Shown: positions 37,043 to 47,447 of the stretch, piece after piece
How the letters are laid out: the number at the start of each line of letters is the position of its first letter
Position numbering within the stretch: position 1 is the first letter of the stretch
From: an uncultured Flavobacterium sp.
GTDB taxonomy: Bacteria > Bacteroidota > Bacteroidia > Flavobacteriales > Flavobacteriaceae
Assembly (NCBI GenBank): GCA_913060575.1
Contig: CAJXRR010000001.1
Coordinates: forward strand, 1 to 55,128
Direction of reading: 5' to 3'
Length of the DNA: 55,128 nt
Translations under genes and position numbers: made by a program
The notes under the pieces: model-generated
The model's input: the letters and a program-made list of their open reading frames with translations, nothing else
Told to the model about the DNA's origin: nothing
The model's database searches: none

Positions 37043-39841
37043 TTAATTATTAATAGACCAAGAAATATACACTTGAGATCCGATTGCTCCTACTCCTGGT
37101 GCACTAAAGTATTCTTGACCAGTTAAATTTGCTCCACCAATTTTAAATACTGATTTCCATTCTGGAACTGTATAGTTAATTTGTGCATCTAACACTGTTC
37201 TAGCATCAATCGTTGTATCATGGAATGTTGATTGCCATAGGTATTCATCTTGCCATCTTACATTAATGTTGAAACCAAAGTTTTTAAATAAGTCTGTTTT
37301 TCCAAACTGTAATTTAAGTTTGTGCTCTGGTGTGTTAAATGATGGCTCAAAATCTGGGTCTGAAGCTTGATCAAAATCAAACTTAGCATACGTATAATTC
37401 ATCCCAATATTAAAACCATTAAAAATCTTCGTATTTATTGCAATTGCAGCTCCATAAGAAGTTACATCTGCTGCAGAGTTTGTATAGGTAGAAAATGCTT
37501 TAAAGTCACCATTTTGAAGTGCTAATAAAGATAATCCTCCATCTCCTGCTTGTCCGTATAATGGTACTAATACATTTCTATTAGAAATAAAGTCTTCATA
37601 AGAATTGTAGTATCCACTTAAATCTACAGTTACTTTAGATTCTGCTACATCTAAAATACCTCTATATCCTAATTCAAAAGCCGTTACTCTTTCAGGAGCA
37701 ACAAGATCTGTCATTACTGCCTGAGGAGCTCCTCTTACAACTGATGATGCAGAAAAAGCGTTTTCATATGCACTTCTTCCCGTAAGTTGAACAGTTGGTG
37801 AACCAGTAAAAACTTGCCCTCCTCCACTTACGCTTATAGGAAAACTTACATATCTATCTAAGTTGTCTGGTGCAGAACCTACTAATAAAGCTCTACCAGC
37901 ATCTAAACCAATATATTGATCTTGAGTTGTTGGATATCTAAAACCTGTTTGAAAAGAACCTCTAAAGTTGTGCTCTTTGTTTTCACCAGCTGCATATGCT
38001 AAAGATAATCTTGGAGAATAATTTCCGTCAAAGTTTTGAGCACCATCATAACGAATAGATGCTGTTAATTTTAAACGATCTTCTTCTAAGAATTTCTTTT
38101 GTAATTGTGTATAAACTCCATACTCACTATAGTTAATCGGTCCATCAAAATCAGTAAAAATTGTTCCTCCTGAATTTAAAGAATATTGTCTATATGAACC
38201 ACCTACTTGAATTTCACCCCAATCAACTAAATCTTTAAAATTATAGTTTCCATCTGCATGGTACAATTTGGTATTATCTTGGAATTTAGACCCTGTTAAT
38301 AAATCTGGATCTGATGTAACTTTATCAAAAGCTGATTTGAATGCTTCTGTTCCAGGAACTAAACGTCCTGTATCTGCTGCTTGTCTTGCAATAGCATGTG
38401 CTTGATCTGGTAAAGCTCCGTTTAATGTAGCTCCAGTGAATCCAGCAACATACTGACCAAACCAAACGTTGTCTGCTTTCCAGCTTCTATTAATGTTAAT
38501 AGCTGCAAAACGAGTATCATAAGAATCTCCTGCGTCTTCACTTGTCATATAACCTCTTAAAAAGAAGTTTTTCCCTCTAACCTCTAATCTGTGTTGTTCT
38601 AAAAAGAAGTTATTGATATTATATCTATTTAATCCTTGATAAATTGTGTTTCCACGACCCATTTTAGAATTCCAGATTACTTCTAACCTATCATCTCCAA
38701 ATGGGCGGTAATGTAATGCTCCGTTAAACTTTATGCTTCTCGCATTATAAGTCATTAAGTCTCTTTCTTCATACCCTGTTCTACTAACATTTACGCTAGG
38801 AACTAAAGAAACGTCTGAAGATGGAAATAAACCTAAAGCTACTAAAGCTTGGGCAACACCATTAATATTTGTTGAAACCTCATCTCCATAGGTATTTAAA
38901 CCGTCATAATTGATGTCTGAATCTCTATCTCCGGCTACATACTGTCCGTTCAATGTGTTTCTATAGTCTGTTGCAAACCATTCTGTACCATTTAAAACAG
39001 ATAAGGTTGCTTTTGCAGCAAACTTCTCTGAAAAAGCATATGAATATCTAATATTGTATTCTGAGAATTCATTGTCTCCTGCAGCTTCTTGGATAGTTAA
39101 TCCTCTTTTTGCAGAAACACTGATCCCTTGGTCTTCAAAAGGACTTCTACTTCTCATGAACATAATACCGTTAAAAGCATTTGCTCCATATAATGCAGAA
39201 GATGCTCCTGGTAAAATCTCTACTGTTGCAACGTCTAATTCAGACATTCCCAAAAGATTTCCAATAGCAAAGTTTAATGCTGGTGAAGAATTGTCCATTC
39301 CGTCAACTAACTGCATAAACCTAGTGTTTGCAAATGTTGCAAAACCACGGGTGTTTACAGATTTAAACGTTAAACTGTTTGTGTTGATATCAACACCTTT
39401 TAAATTTTCTAAACCATCATAAAAAGATGGTGCTGTAGAATTTTTTATCGCTCTTGCATCCAATCTTTCTACTGTTACAGGTGATTCTAAAATTCTCTCC
39501 GGCGTTCTAGAAGCAGAAACAACTATTTCATCTAAAGCTGTTGCGTTTTCTACTAAATCTACATTTACTATTTGGTTGTTCTTTGTAATTTCAACTTTTA
39601 ATGTTTGAAACCCTAACATTGAAATTTCAATAGTAAAAGGAGGCAAATCATCTACTGTGATACTAAAATCACCATCAAAATTTGTAGTAGTTCCTACTGA
39701 TTTCCCAGAAATTTTAATGTTTGCTCCTAGGAGTGTTTCTCCTGTTTTTGAATCCTTAACAACCCCTGTAATAGTGGTTTGTGCCACCATTGCAGCACTG
39801 CTAAGCATCACAAATGCAAAGAATATTATCTTTTTTATCAT
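37043..39841 (-). CDS. TonB-dependent receptor (N-terminal extension, plug, barrel)
   Basis: ITGVVKD..TGE.L.GA, LDEIVVSASR, NTRGF, LVDG, VEILPGASSALYGANA. Confidence 0.94.
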   Translation of the reverse strand: MIKKIIFFAFVMLSSAAMVAQTTITGVVKDSKTGETLLGANIKISGKSVGTTTNFDGDFSITVDDLPPFTIEISMLGFQTLKVEITKNNQIVNVDLVENATALDEIVVSASRTPERILESPVTVERLDARAIKNSTAPSFYDGLENLKGVDINTNSLTFKSVNTRGFATFANTRFMQLVDGMDNSSPALNFAIGNLLGMSELDVATVEILPGASSALYGANAFNGIMFMRSRSPFEDQGISVSAKRGLTIQEAAGDNEFSEYNIRYSYAFSEKFAAKATLSVLNGTEWFATDYRNTLNGQYVAGDRDSDINYDGLNTYGDEVSTNINGVAQALVALGLFPSSDVSLVPSVNVSRTGYEERDLMTYNARSIKFNGALHYRPFGDDRLEVIWNSKMGRGNTIYQGLNRYNINNFFLEQHRLEVRGKNFFLRGYMTSEDAGDSYDTRFAAININRSWKADNVWFGQYVAGFTGATLNGALPDQAHAIARQAADTGRLVPGTEAFKSAFDKVTSDPDLLTGSKFQDNTKLYHADGNYNFKDLVDWGEIQVGGSYRQYSLNSGGTIFTDFDGPINYSEYGVYTQLQKKFLEEDRLKLTASIRYDGAQNFDGNYSPRLSLAYAAGENKEHNFRGSFQTGFRYPTTQDQYIGLDAGRALLVGSAPDNLDRYVSFPISVSGGGQVFTGSPTVQLTGRSAYENAFSASSVVRGAPQAVMTDLVAPERVTAFELGYRGILDVAESKVTVDLSGYYNSYEDFISNRNVLVPLYGQAGDGGLSLLALQNGDFKAFSTYTNSAADVTSYGAAIAINTKIFNGFNIGMNYTYAKFDFDQASDPDFEPSFNTPEHKLKLQFGKTDLFKNFGFNINVRWQDEYLWQSTFHDTTIDARTVLDAQINYTVPEWKSVFKIGGANLTGQEYFSAPGVGAIGSQVYISWSINN

Positions 39842-40021
39842 AATGTATATTGTTTATTAACTTAAGACGAAAATACACAATTTTTTGATTTGTGTAATAA
39901 AATTCAACTATTTTTGTGATATTATAAGGGGTTATAGCCATTTTTTATCAAAATCTTATTTTTCTTTAGACTTGATTTATTCAATTTATGAGTTGTAACT
40001 TTGCTTTTTAATCATTCTCTT

Positions 40022-40957
40022 TTGAAAATTATCCAGACCATTTCTAATTTCAATTCTCTTGAAAAAACTGTTGTTACTATTGGCACTTTTGATGGAATAC
40101 ACATCGGTCATCAAAAAATCTTAAAAGACCTTATAGAGACTGCAAAAAAAGAAAATAAAAAATCTGTTTTATTAACTTTTTTCCCTCATCCTAGAATGGT
40201 TTTGCAAAAAGAAGTTACTATTCAATTATTAAACACCATAGAGGAAAAATCTTCTCTATTGGAAAAAATGGGACTTGATTATTTAATTATCCACCCATTT
40301 AGTAAAGAGTTTTCTAGACTTACAGCACTTGATTTTGTGAGAGATATTTTAGTTAATCAACTAAACACCTCGAGATTGATCATTGGTTACGATCATCATT
40401 TTGGAAAAAACAGAGAGGGAAACATTCATCAATTAAAGGAGTATAGTTCTTTATATGATTTTAATGTAGAGGAAATTCCTGCTCAAGACATTGATAATGT
40501 CTCTGTGAGTTCAACCAAAATTAGAAATGCATTACAAGAAGGAAGTTTAAAAACAGCTAATAATTACCTTGGGTACAATTACATGTTAAACGGCACTGTT
40601 GTTAATGGCAAAAGTCTTGGAGGAAAAATTGGTTTTCCTACTGCAAATTTAGAGGTAAATGAAACTTATAAGTTAATTCCAAAAACGGGTGTCTATATTA
40701 TAAAGACGGTTATTGATAGTGTCTTATTTTATGGGATGATGAATATTGGTTTTAGGCCTACCGTTAGTGGAAAAGACCAGACTATTGAAGCCCACTTGTT
40801 TAATTTTAATAAAGATCTTTACGGAAAAAACCTTCGTCTTGAATTGTTGTATTTCTTAAGAGAAGAGAAAAAATTTGATTCCATAGATGATTTAATCGTT
40901 CAATTGAAACTAGACAAGGAAAATTCTATCGCTTACCTTAAAAACAATCTTTTATAA
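40022..40957 (+). CDS. ribF: Bifunctional riboflavin kinase/FAD synthetase
   Basis: GTFDGIHIGH, TFFPHP, VSSTKIR, GFPTAN, LREEKKF; start moved to TTG 40022 because TTG 40001 lies inside TAACTTTG (39996-40003). Confidence 0.95.
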   Translation: MKIIQTISNFNSLEKTVVTIGTFDGIHIGHQKILKDLIETAKKENKKSVLLTFFPHPRMVLQKEVTIQLLNTIEEKSSLLEKMGLDYLIIHPFSKEFSRLTALDFVRDILVNQLNTSRLIIGYDHHFGKNREGNIHQLKEYSSLYDFNVEEIPAQDIDNVSVSSTKIRNALQEGSLKTANNYLGYNYMLNGTVVNGKSLGGKIGFPTANLEVNETYKLIPKTGVYIIKTVIDSVLFYGMMNIGFRPTVSGKDQTIEAHLFNFNKDLYGKNLRLELLYFLREEKKFDSIDDLIVQLKLDKENSIAYLKNNLL

Positions 40958-41015
40958 CGCATTGTTATATTGATACACTTGCTTTATCTTTGACGCCTCA
41001 TAATTATACAACACT

Positions 41016-42290
41016 ATGTTACAGGTTCAGTTTATCAAAGACAATCAAAAGTTAGTTTTAGAGGGTTTGGCAAAAAGAAATTTTGCAAATGCCGAAGAAA
41101 TTATTGAAAGCGTTTTAAAAGCTGATGAAACCAGAAGAAAAGTTCAGGTTTTATTAGATAATACTCTTGCTGAATCGAATGCTCTTTCTAAAGAAATTGG
41201 AATCCTATTTAAATCTGGTGAGGTTCAAAAAGCAAATATTGTTAAAGAAAAAACAAGTCAGCTTAAAGAACAATCTAAAGAGTTAAATGACGAATTAAAT
41301 GCTTCTGCTAAAGAATTGCAAGATTTGTTATTTCAAATACCAAACATTCCACATAGTTCTGTTCCTCAGGGTCAATCTGAAGAAGATAATGAAGAAATTT
41401 ATAAAGAAGCTGAAATACCAACGCTACATGATGCCGCACTTCCGCATTGGGAGTTAGCAAAAAAATACAACCTTATTGATTTTGAGTTAGGAACTAAAAT
41501 CACAGGGGCTGGTTTTCCTGTTTATAAAGGAAAAGGAGCTCGTTTGCAACGTGCTTTAATCAATTACTTTTTAGATAAAAATACAGATGCTGGTTATACA
41601 GAATATCAAGTGCCTCATTTAGTTAATGAAGCTTCTGGAATCGGAACAGGCTCTTTACCTGATAAAGAAGGTCAAATGTATTATGTAGCAGCAGATGATT
41701 TATATTTAATTCCGACTGCCGAAGTACCTGTAACCAATATTTTTAGAGGAGATTTATTACAAGAAAAAGATTTTCCTTTAGCTTGTACCGCTTACACACC
41801 TTGTTTTCGTCGTGAAGCGGGTTCTTACGGAGCTCATGTTAGAGGTTTAAACCGTTTACATCAATTTGATAAAGTAGAAATTGTTAGAATAGAGCATCCA
41901 GATAATTCTTATAAGGCGCTAGACGGAATGGTTGATCACGTAAAAAGTATTTTAAGAGACTTAAAATTACCGTATCGTGTTTTACGTTTGTGTGGTGGTG
42001 ATGTAACTTTTGCTTCTGCGTTAACTTATGATTTTGAAGTGTTTTCAACAGCACAAGATAGATGGCTAGAAGTAAGTTCTGTTTCTAATTTTGAAACATT
42101 TCAAGCAAATCGTTTAAAGCTACGATTTAAAAATAAAGAAGGGAAAAATCAATTAGCGCACACGTTAAACGGAAGCGCTTTGGCTTTGCCAAGAATATTG
42201 GCAAGTATTTTAGAGAATTATCAAACAGAAGATGGAATTCAGGTTCCGGAAGCCCTGATTCCTTATACTGGTTTTGATATCATTAATTAG
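41016..42290 (+). CDS. serS: Serine--tRNA ligase
   Basis: N-terminal coiled coil, LIPTAE, FRREAG, RLHQFDKVE, HTLNGSALA; TATCTTTG at 40985-40992. Confidence 0.97.
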   Translation: MLQVQFIKDNQKLVLEGLAKRNFANAEEIIESVLKADETRRKVQVLLDNTLAESNALSKEIGILFKSGEVQKANIVKEKTSQLKEQSKELNDELNASAKELQDLLFQIPNIPHSSVPQGQSEEDNEEIYKEAEIPTLHDAALPHWELAKKYNLIDFELGTKITGAGFPVYKGKGARLQRALINYFLDKNTDAGYTEYQVPHLVNEASGIGTGSLPDKEGQMYYVAADDLYLIPTAEVPVTNIFRGDLLQEKDFPLACTAYTPCFRREAGSYGAHVRGLNRLHQFDKVEIVRIEHPDNSYKALDGMVDHVKSILRDLKLPYRVLRLCGGDVTFASALTYDFEVFSTAQDRWLEVSSVSNFETFQANRLKLRFKNKEGKNQLAHTLNGSALALPRILASILENYQTEDGIQVPEALIPYTGFDIIN

Positions 42291-42426
42291 CAACAACGGC
42301 TGTAATTAACCTCTTGTATTTATTCATTTCTAGTAGCGCATTAAAATAATCGCTTATTTGTCCTGTTCTCATAAACTCTATCGAGTTTTGCTTTGCGGTT
42401 TCGTATTGTTTCGTTAGATCTTTCAT
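42283..42426 (-). CDS. Small hypothetical protein, 47 aa (MKDLTKQYETAKQNSIEFMRTGQISDYFNALLEMNKYKRLITAVVAN)
   Basis: Manual translation; A-rich start context; sigma-54-type promoter upstream; below ORF-track cutoff. Confidence 0.75.
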   Translation of the reverse strand: MKDLTKQYETAKQNSIEFMRTGQISDYFNALLEMNKYKRLITAVVAN

Positions 42427-42455
42427 ATTATTCAATGATTGGTTATACTACTAAG

Positions 42456-42472
42456 ACAAGTATTGTGCCAAA
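42456..42472 (-). promoter_or_regulatory. Sigma-54 (-24/-12) promoter
   Basis: Minus strand TTTGGCACAATACTTGT: TGGCAC-N5-TTG with canonical spacing, GT instead of GC at -12. Confidence 0.7.
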
Positions 42473-42548
42473 ATGTTACAAAACACCGCTTTAAAATACA
42501 TCAGTTTAATAAAAAATTAACATTCTAGTTGGTTATCTTTGATTTTAG

Positions 42549-44321
42549 ATGAAGAAAAAAATCCTCATAATCGCCTTATTTTATAGTTGCTTTGCGTTTA
42601 GCCAAGGCAATTTCTCATTGGCTGAAAATTATTTTCGGCAAGGTGAATATAAAAAAGCATCTCAGATTTATGAATCGTTATTAAAAAAGAGTCCTTTTAA
42701 TACTACCTATTTGAAAAGACTCGTGACTTGTTTTCAAGAAACAAATGAGTATTTGAAAGCTGAAAACTTATTAAAAGAAAAGATACTGGTAAATCCGGCT
42801 CAAAAATATTTACATGTAGAGATTGGCTATAATTTTGATCGTCAACAAAAAAAAGAACTTGCAACTAAAGAATATCTATTAGCTATTGAAGCTATTGAGA
42901 CGAACCCTAATCTAGGGGGAGTTATCGGTAGAATGTTCCGACAAAACAACTTGTTAGACTATGCTATTGAAGCTTATTCGAAAACAATGGAGCTCAATAA
43001 AAATGCTAATTATGAATTTGCAATAGCTCAAATTTATGGAGAAAAGGGCGAATTTGATAAAATGTTTGATTCTTATATAGAACTTATAGATAAAGATGAA
43101 AACTACATAAGCAGTGTTCAGCGTTTAGCAAGTAGATACATTAATGAAGATCCCACAAGCAAAAATAATCTTGCGCTTAAAAGATCCTTGCTTAAAAAAT
43201 CGATTAGCAACCCCAAAGATGTTTGGAACGAGTTTTTAAGTTGGCTGTTCACCAAACAAAAAGAATACGGAAAAGCACTTATACAAGAAAAGGCGCTCTT
43301 TAAAAGAAACCCTGATTATATTGATAATATTTTTAGATTAGGAAGAATTGCTTTTGAAGATAATAACTTTGATAATTCTCAAAAATGTTTTGACTTCTTA
43401 TTAGAAAACACCAACTTTATTGATGGAAAATTATCCGCAGAATTATATCTTTTAAAAATTGCCGTTAAAAAATCTGATGAGAATAGTGATTTGTACTTTC
43501 AAAAAGTGCTCAAAGAATACGGTTTTAATAAAAACACCATAGATGTTCAAACTGTTTATGCTGACTTTTTAACTTTTCAAAAAAATGATCCAGAAAAAGC
43601 AAAAGAGATTTTAGAAAACGCCTTGTCTTTCTCTAATTCTAAATTTCAAAAAGCAAGAATAAAATTAAAACTTGGAGACGTTTTAGTTTTTACAGGGAAA
43701 TTTAATAAAGCGTTGATTTACTTTTCTCAAGTACAAACTCGATTAAAAAACCATCCCTTATCTCAAGAAGCTCGTTTTAAAGTGGCACAAACCTCTTATT
43801 TTAAAGGAGATTTTACTTGGGCGAAGGCTCAATTGAAAATATTAAAAGGCTCAACGACACAGCTGATTGCTAATGATGCTGTAGATTTATTTCTTGTAAT
43901 TACAGACAATGAGCCTAAAGATTCTATTCCTTCTGGTTTGTCAGAGTTTTCTAAAGCAGATTTATTAGCATTTCAAAACAGAAATAAGGAAGCTATCTCA
44001 TTATATAATGTTATCATAAAAAAGTATCAAGGTCAAGATATAGAAGATGAAACATTATACAATCAAGCAAAGGTTTATATGAAAGAACTTCAATATCAGA
44101 ATGCAATTACAAATCTTTTAAAAATCATTTCTATAGACAAAGAAGGTATTCTGGTTGATGATGCCTATTATTTAATCGCAGAGATTTATAAAAATCATAT
44201 AAAAGACACTGAAAAAGCATCAGAATACTATCAAAAAATTATCTTTGAAAAAGCATCTAGTATTTATTTGGTTGATGCTAGAAAAAAATACAGAGAATTA
44301 CGGGGAGATATTGTTAATTAA
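42549..44321 (+). CDS. Tetratricopeptide repeat protein (exported)
   Basis: Signal peptide, TPR-like helical pattern throughout; TATCTTTG 7 nt upstream. Confidence 0.88.
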   Translation: MKKKILIIALFYSCFAFSQGNFSLAENYFRQGEYKKASQIYESLLKKSPFNTTYLKRLVTCFQETNEYLKAENLLKEKILVNPAQKYLHVEIGYNFDRQQKKELATKEYLLAIEAIETNPNLGGVIGRMFRQNNLLDYAIEAYSKTMELNKNANYEFAIAQIYGEKGEFDKMFDSYIELIDKDENYISSVQRLASRYINEDPTSKNNLALKRSLLKKSISNPKDVWNEFLSWLFTKQKEYGKALIQEKALFKRNPDYIDNIFRLGRIAFEDNNFDNSQKCFDFLLENTNFIDGKLSAELYLLKIAVKKSDENSDLYFQKVLKEYGFNKNTIDVQTVYADFLTFQKNDPEKAKEILENALSFSNSKFQKARIKLKLGDVLVFTGKFNKALIYFSQVQTRLKNHPLSQEARFKVAQTSYFKGDFTWAKAQLKILKGSTTQLIANDAVDLFLVITDNEPKDSIPSGLSEFSKADLLAFQNRNKEAISLYNVIIKKYQGQDIEDETLYNQAKVYMKELQYQNAITNLLKIISIDKEGILVDDAYYLIAEIYKNHIKDTEKASEYYQKIIFEKASSIYLVDARKKYRELRGDIVN

Positions 44322-44358
44322 AGTCTCTATTAACTTCTTTTTATCAATTTAACAACTC

Positions 44359-44688
44359 ATGTATATATACAACGTTACAATAAATATCGATAAAAGCGTT
44401 CATGACGAATGGCTCAATTGGATTCATATTCATATTGAAGATGTATTAGCCACAGGGAAATTTGTTTCAGCTAAACTGACTCAAGTTTTGGTAGAAGAAG
44501 AAATGGGTGGGGCAACATATTCTGTTCAATACACAACTAATAGCAGAGAGGATTTAGATGAATATTACGAAATTTATGCTCCAACATTAAGAGGTTCAGG
44601 ACTCTCTAAATTTGCTGACAAAATGCTAACTTTTAGAACAGAATTAAAAGTTGTAAAAGAGTTTTATCCTGTAAGCACCCACAATTAA
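44359..44688 (+). CDS. DUF4286 family protein
   Basis: IYNVT..I...VH.EWL.W...HI, TYSVQY, FRTEL. Confidence 0.85.
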   Translation: MYIYNVTINIDKSVHDEWLNWIHIHIEDVLATGKFVSAKLTQVLVEEEMGGATYSVQYTTNSREDLDEYYEIYAPTLRGSGLSKFADKMLTFRTELKVVKEFYPVSTHN

Positions 44689-45492
44689 ATGTCTGTTAGA
44701 GCCAAAAAACATCTCGGTCAACATTTTCTTAAAGATGAAGATATTGCTAAAAATATCGCAGATTCTTTAACAGAAGTTGGCTACAATAATATTTTAGAAA
44801 TCGGTCCAGGAATGGGCATGTTAACAAAATATTTATTAGATAAAAAATCGAAAATTACAGTGATGGAAATCGATAGGGATTCTGTTGCTTATCTCAATAA
44901 CGATTTCAAAAGTGAACACATTAATTTAGATACTTCGCCTACAAATTTTGAAATCATTGAAGCTGATTTTCTAAAACAAGATTTAACCGCTTTTTTTAAC
45001 AATCAACAAGTGGCTATTATTGGTAATTACCCTTATAATATATCTTCACAAATTGTCTTTAAGGCAATAGAATACCGAGAATTTGTTCCTGAATTATCCG
45101 GGATGTTCCAAAAAGAAGTGGCGCAAAGAATTGCAGAAAAAGAGGGAAGTAAAACCTACGGAATTATTTCTGTCTTAACTCAGGCTTTCTTTGATGCAGA
45201 ATATCTTTTTACCGTTCCTCCAACGGTTTTTAATCCACCTCCAAAAGTAGATTCAGGTGTAATTAGGCTTATTAGAAAAAAAGACTTTTCACTTCCTGTA
45301 GATGAAAAATTATTTTTTAGAGTGGTAAAAACAGCCTTCAATCAACGGAGAAAAATGTTGAGAAGTAGTTTAAAGTCTTTTAATCTTTCGGATTCCTTAA
45401 AAGAAGACCCTATATTTGCGATGCGACCAGAGCAATTGTCCGTAAACGAGTTTATTAAACTCACGCAAAAAATAGCAAAAGATGTCATTTGA
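44689..45492 (+). CDS. rsmA: 16S rRNA m6,2A1518/1519 dimethyltransferase
   Basis: [36 protein letters not shown]. Confidence 0.97.
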   Translation: MSVRAKKHLGQHFLKDEDIAKNIADSLTEVGYNNILEIGPGMGMLTKYLLDKKSKITVMEIDRDSVAYLNNDFKSEHINLDTSPTNFEIIEADFLKQDLTAFFNNQQVAIIGNYPYNISSQIVFKAIEYREFVPELSGMFQKEVAQRIAEKEGSKTYGIISVLTQAFFDAEYLFTVPPTVFNPPPKVDSGVIRLIRKKDFSLPVDEKLFFRVVKTAFNQRRKMLRSSLKSFNLSDSLKEDPIFAMRPEQLSVNEFIKLTQKIAKDVI

Positions 45493-46831
45493 AATCACAA
45501 CGGAACTTTTAGAAAATATATCTTCTTACATAGAAGCTTCTAACGATAAGGCAATTATTGTTTTATTTGAAGAAATGCATCATGCCGATATTGCTGAAAT
45601 TATTGATGACATTTCTTTTGATGATGCTGTTTACTTAATAAAACTTTTAGATAGCGAAAAAACATCTGCCATTTTAATGGAGCTAGATGAGGATATTCGT
45701 GAGAAAATATTACAAAACCTTTCTGCTAAAGAAATTGCTGAAGAGGTTGATGAGCTAGACTCTGATGACGCTGCTGATATTATTGGCGAACTTTCTGAAG
45801 AAAGACAAGAGGCCGTAATGTCTCAAATTATAGACGAAGAACATGTAAGAGAAATTGAAGAACTTCTTGCCTATGATGAAAATTCTGCGGGTGGTTTAAT
45901 GGCAAAAGAATTAGTAAAAGTTAATGAAAACTGGACCGTTCTTAAGTGTGTTAGAGAAATGCGTGCTCAAGCAGAAGAGGTAACAAGGGTGCATTCTATT
46001 TATGTTGTTGATGATCAAGATAAATTAATGGGAAGGTTGTCTCTAAAAGATTTATTAATTACCTCAACTAAAACAGCAATTTCTGAAGTTTATATTCCTA
46101 AAGTTGACTTTGTAAACGTTCACGATGACTTGGATGAAGTCTCTAATAAAATGCGAAAATATGATTTAGAGGCAATTCCGGTTGTAGATGATGAAGGAGT
46201 TTTATTAGGAAGAATTACCATTGATGATATTGTAGATGTTATTAAAGAAGAAGCCGACAAAGATTATCAATTAGCCGCTGGTTTAACACAGGATGTAGAG
46301 GCTGATGATAGTATCTTACAATTAACCAAGGCGCGTTTGCCTTGGTTATTTTTAGGTTTATTAGGAGGAGTTGGTGCGTTTATAATTATGGAAGGTTTTC
46401 AAGATGTATTTTCTAAATATGCAGCTTTGTTCTTTTTTACGCCTTTAATTGCCGCAATGGCAGGAAATGTTGGAGTACAATCATCCGCAATTATAGTTCA
46501 AGGTTTAGCGAATGATGATGTAAAAGGAAGTATCAATAGTCGATTAATAAAAGAAATGTTCTTAGCGGCTCTTAATGGGTTTGTATTGGCGATATTTCTA
46601 TTTGCCTTTGTCTGGGCTTATGAAGGAAAAATAGATCTTGCCTTAGCAATATCTGTTTCTCTTGTGATTGTAATTATTGTCGCAGGCTTAATTGGAACCT
46701 TTGTACCCTTATTTTTAAATAAAAGAGGAATTGACCCAGCTATAGCAACAGGTCCGTTTATCACTACAAGTAATGATATTTTTGGAATCTTAATTTATTT
46801 TATGATTGCAAAAATGATCTTAGGTATCTAA
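45482..46831 (+). CDS. mgtE: Magnesium transporter MgtE
   Basis: Acidic N-domain, CBS pair ([14 protein letters not shown]), [26 protein letters not shown]. Confidence 0.96.
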   Translation: MSFEITTELLENISSYIEASNDKAIIVLFEEMHHADIAEIIDDISFDDAVYLIKLLDSEKTSAILMELDEDIREKILQNLSAKEIAEEVDELDSDDAADIIGELSEERQEAVMSQIIDEEHVREIEELLAYDENSAGGLMAKELVKVNENWTVLKCVREMRAQAEEVTRVHSIYVVDDQDKLMGRLSLKDLLITSTKTAISEVYIPKVDFVNVHDDLDEVSNKMRKYDLEAIPVVDDEGVLLGRITIDDIVDVIKEEADKDYQLAAGLTQDVEADDSILQLTKARLPWLFLGLLGGVGAFIIMEGFQDVFSKYAALFFFTPLIAAMAGNVGVQSSAIIVQGLANDDVKGSINSRLIKEMFLAALNGFVLAIFLFAFVWAYEGKIDLALAISVSLVIVIIVAGLIGTFVPLFLNKRGIDPAIATGPFITTSNDIFGILIYFMIAKMILGI

Positions 46832-46852
46832 TTTCTTTCTCTTTTGAAAGAA

Positions 46853-47383
46853 TTAGGAATTCATTTTAGAAAACAAATCCCAAAGAACCACACCGGTAGT
46901 TACAGAAATATTTAAAGAATGTTTGGTGCCTAATTGCGGAATTTCAACACATAAATCTGAAACGTTGATCACTTCTTGTTGCACACCTTTGACTTCATTT
47001 CCCATTACAATAGCGTACTTCTGATTCTTCTCTGGGAAAAAAGTGTTCAATTTTGTGCTATTTTCTGCTTGTTCAATAGAAAGAACTTTTACGTTTTCTG
47101 ACTTTAACTTTTCAACTACATCTAACGTGTTTTCAACGTGTTCCCAAGTCACAGACTCGGTTGCTCCTAAGGCTGTTTTATGAATTTCTTTATTTGGCGG
47201 CGTTGCAGTTATGCCACAGAGATAAATTTTCTCAATCAAAAAAGCATCACTTGTTCTAAAAACAGAACCTACATTGTTTAAACTTCTAATATTGTCTAAC
47301 ACAACAATTATGGGTGTTTTTGACGTCTTTTTAAACTCATCAACAGAGATTCTTCCCAATTCGTTATTCCTTAGTTTTCTCAT
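46853..47383 (-). CDS. TrmH/SpoU family RNA methyltransferase
   Basis: LDNIRS..NVGS.FRT.DA, GNEVKG, EIPQ.G.KHSLNISV; start moved to MRKLRN. Confidence 0.93.
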   Translation of the reverse strand: MRKLRNNELGRISVDEFKKTSKTPIIVVLDNIRSLNNVGSVFRTSDAFLIEKIYLCGITATPPNKEIHKTALGATESVTWEHVENTLDVVEKLKSENVKVLSIEQAENSTKLNTFFPEKNQKYAIVMGNEVKGVQQEVINVSDLCVEIPQLGTKHSLNISVTTGVVLWDLFSKMNS

Positions 47384-47447
47384 AAAAAGTTCTATCTTTA
47401 AACACGCATAATAAACAGCAGTAAAACTAACTGAAAAATTCCAAAAT

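Noticed and set aside
3020-39860. Many 60-120 aa ORFs antisense to or nested in long genes (e.g. 3914-4189, 9601-9897, 24690-24956, 39054-39422)
   Set aside because: Shadow frames of well-supported genes with no motifs or initiation context.
39962-39983. Third Fur-like box between the TonB receptor and ribF (TTCTTTAGACTTGATTTATTCA)
   Set aside because: Only the left half-site resembles the palindrome; too weak in AT-rich DNA.
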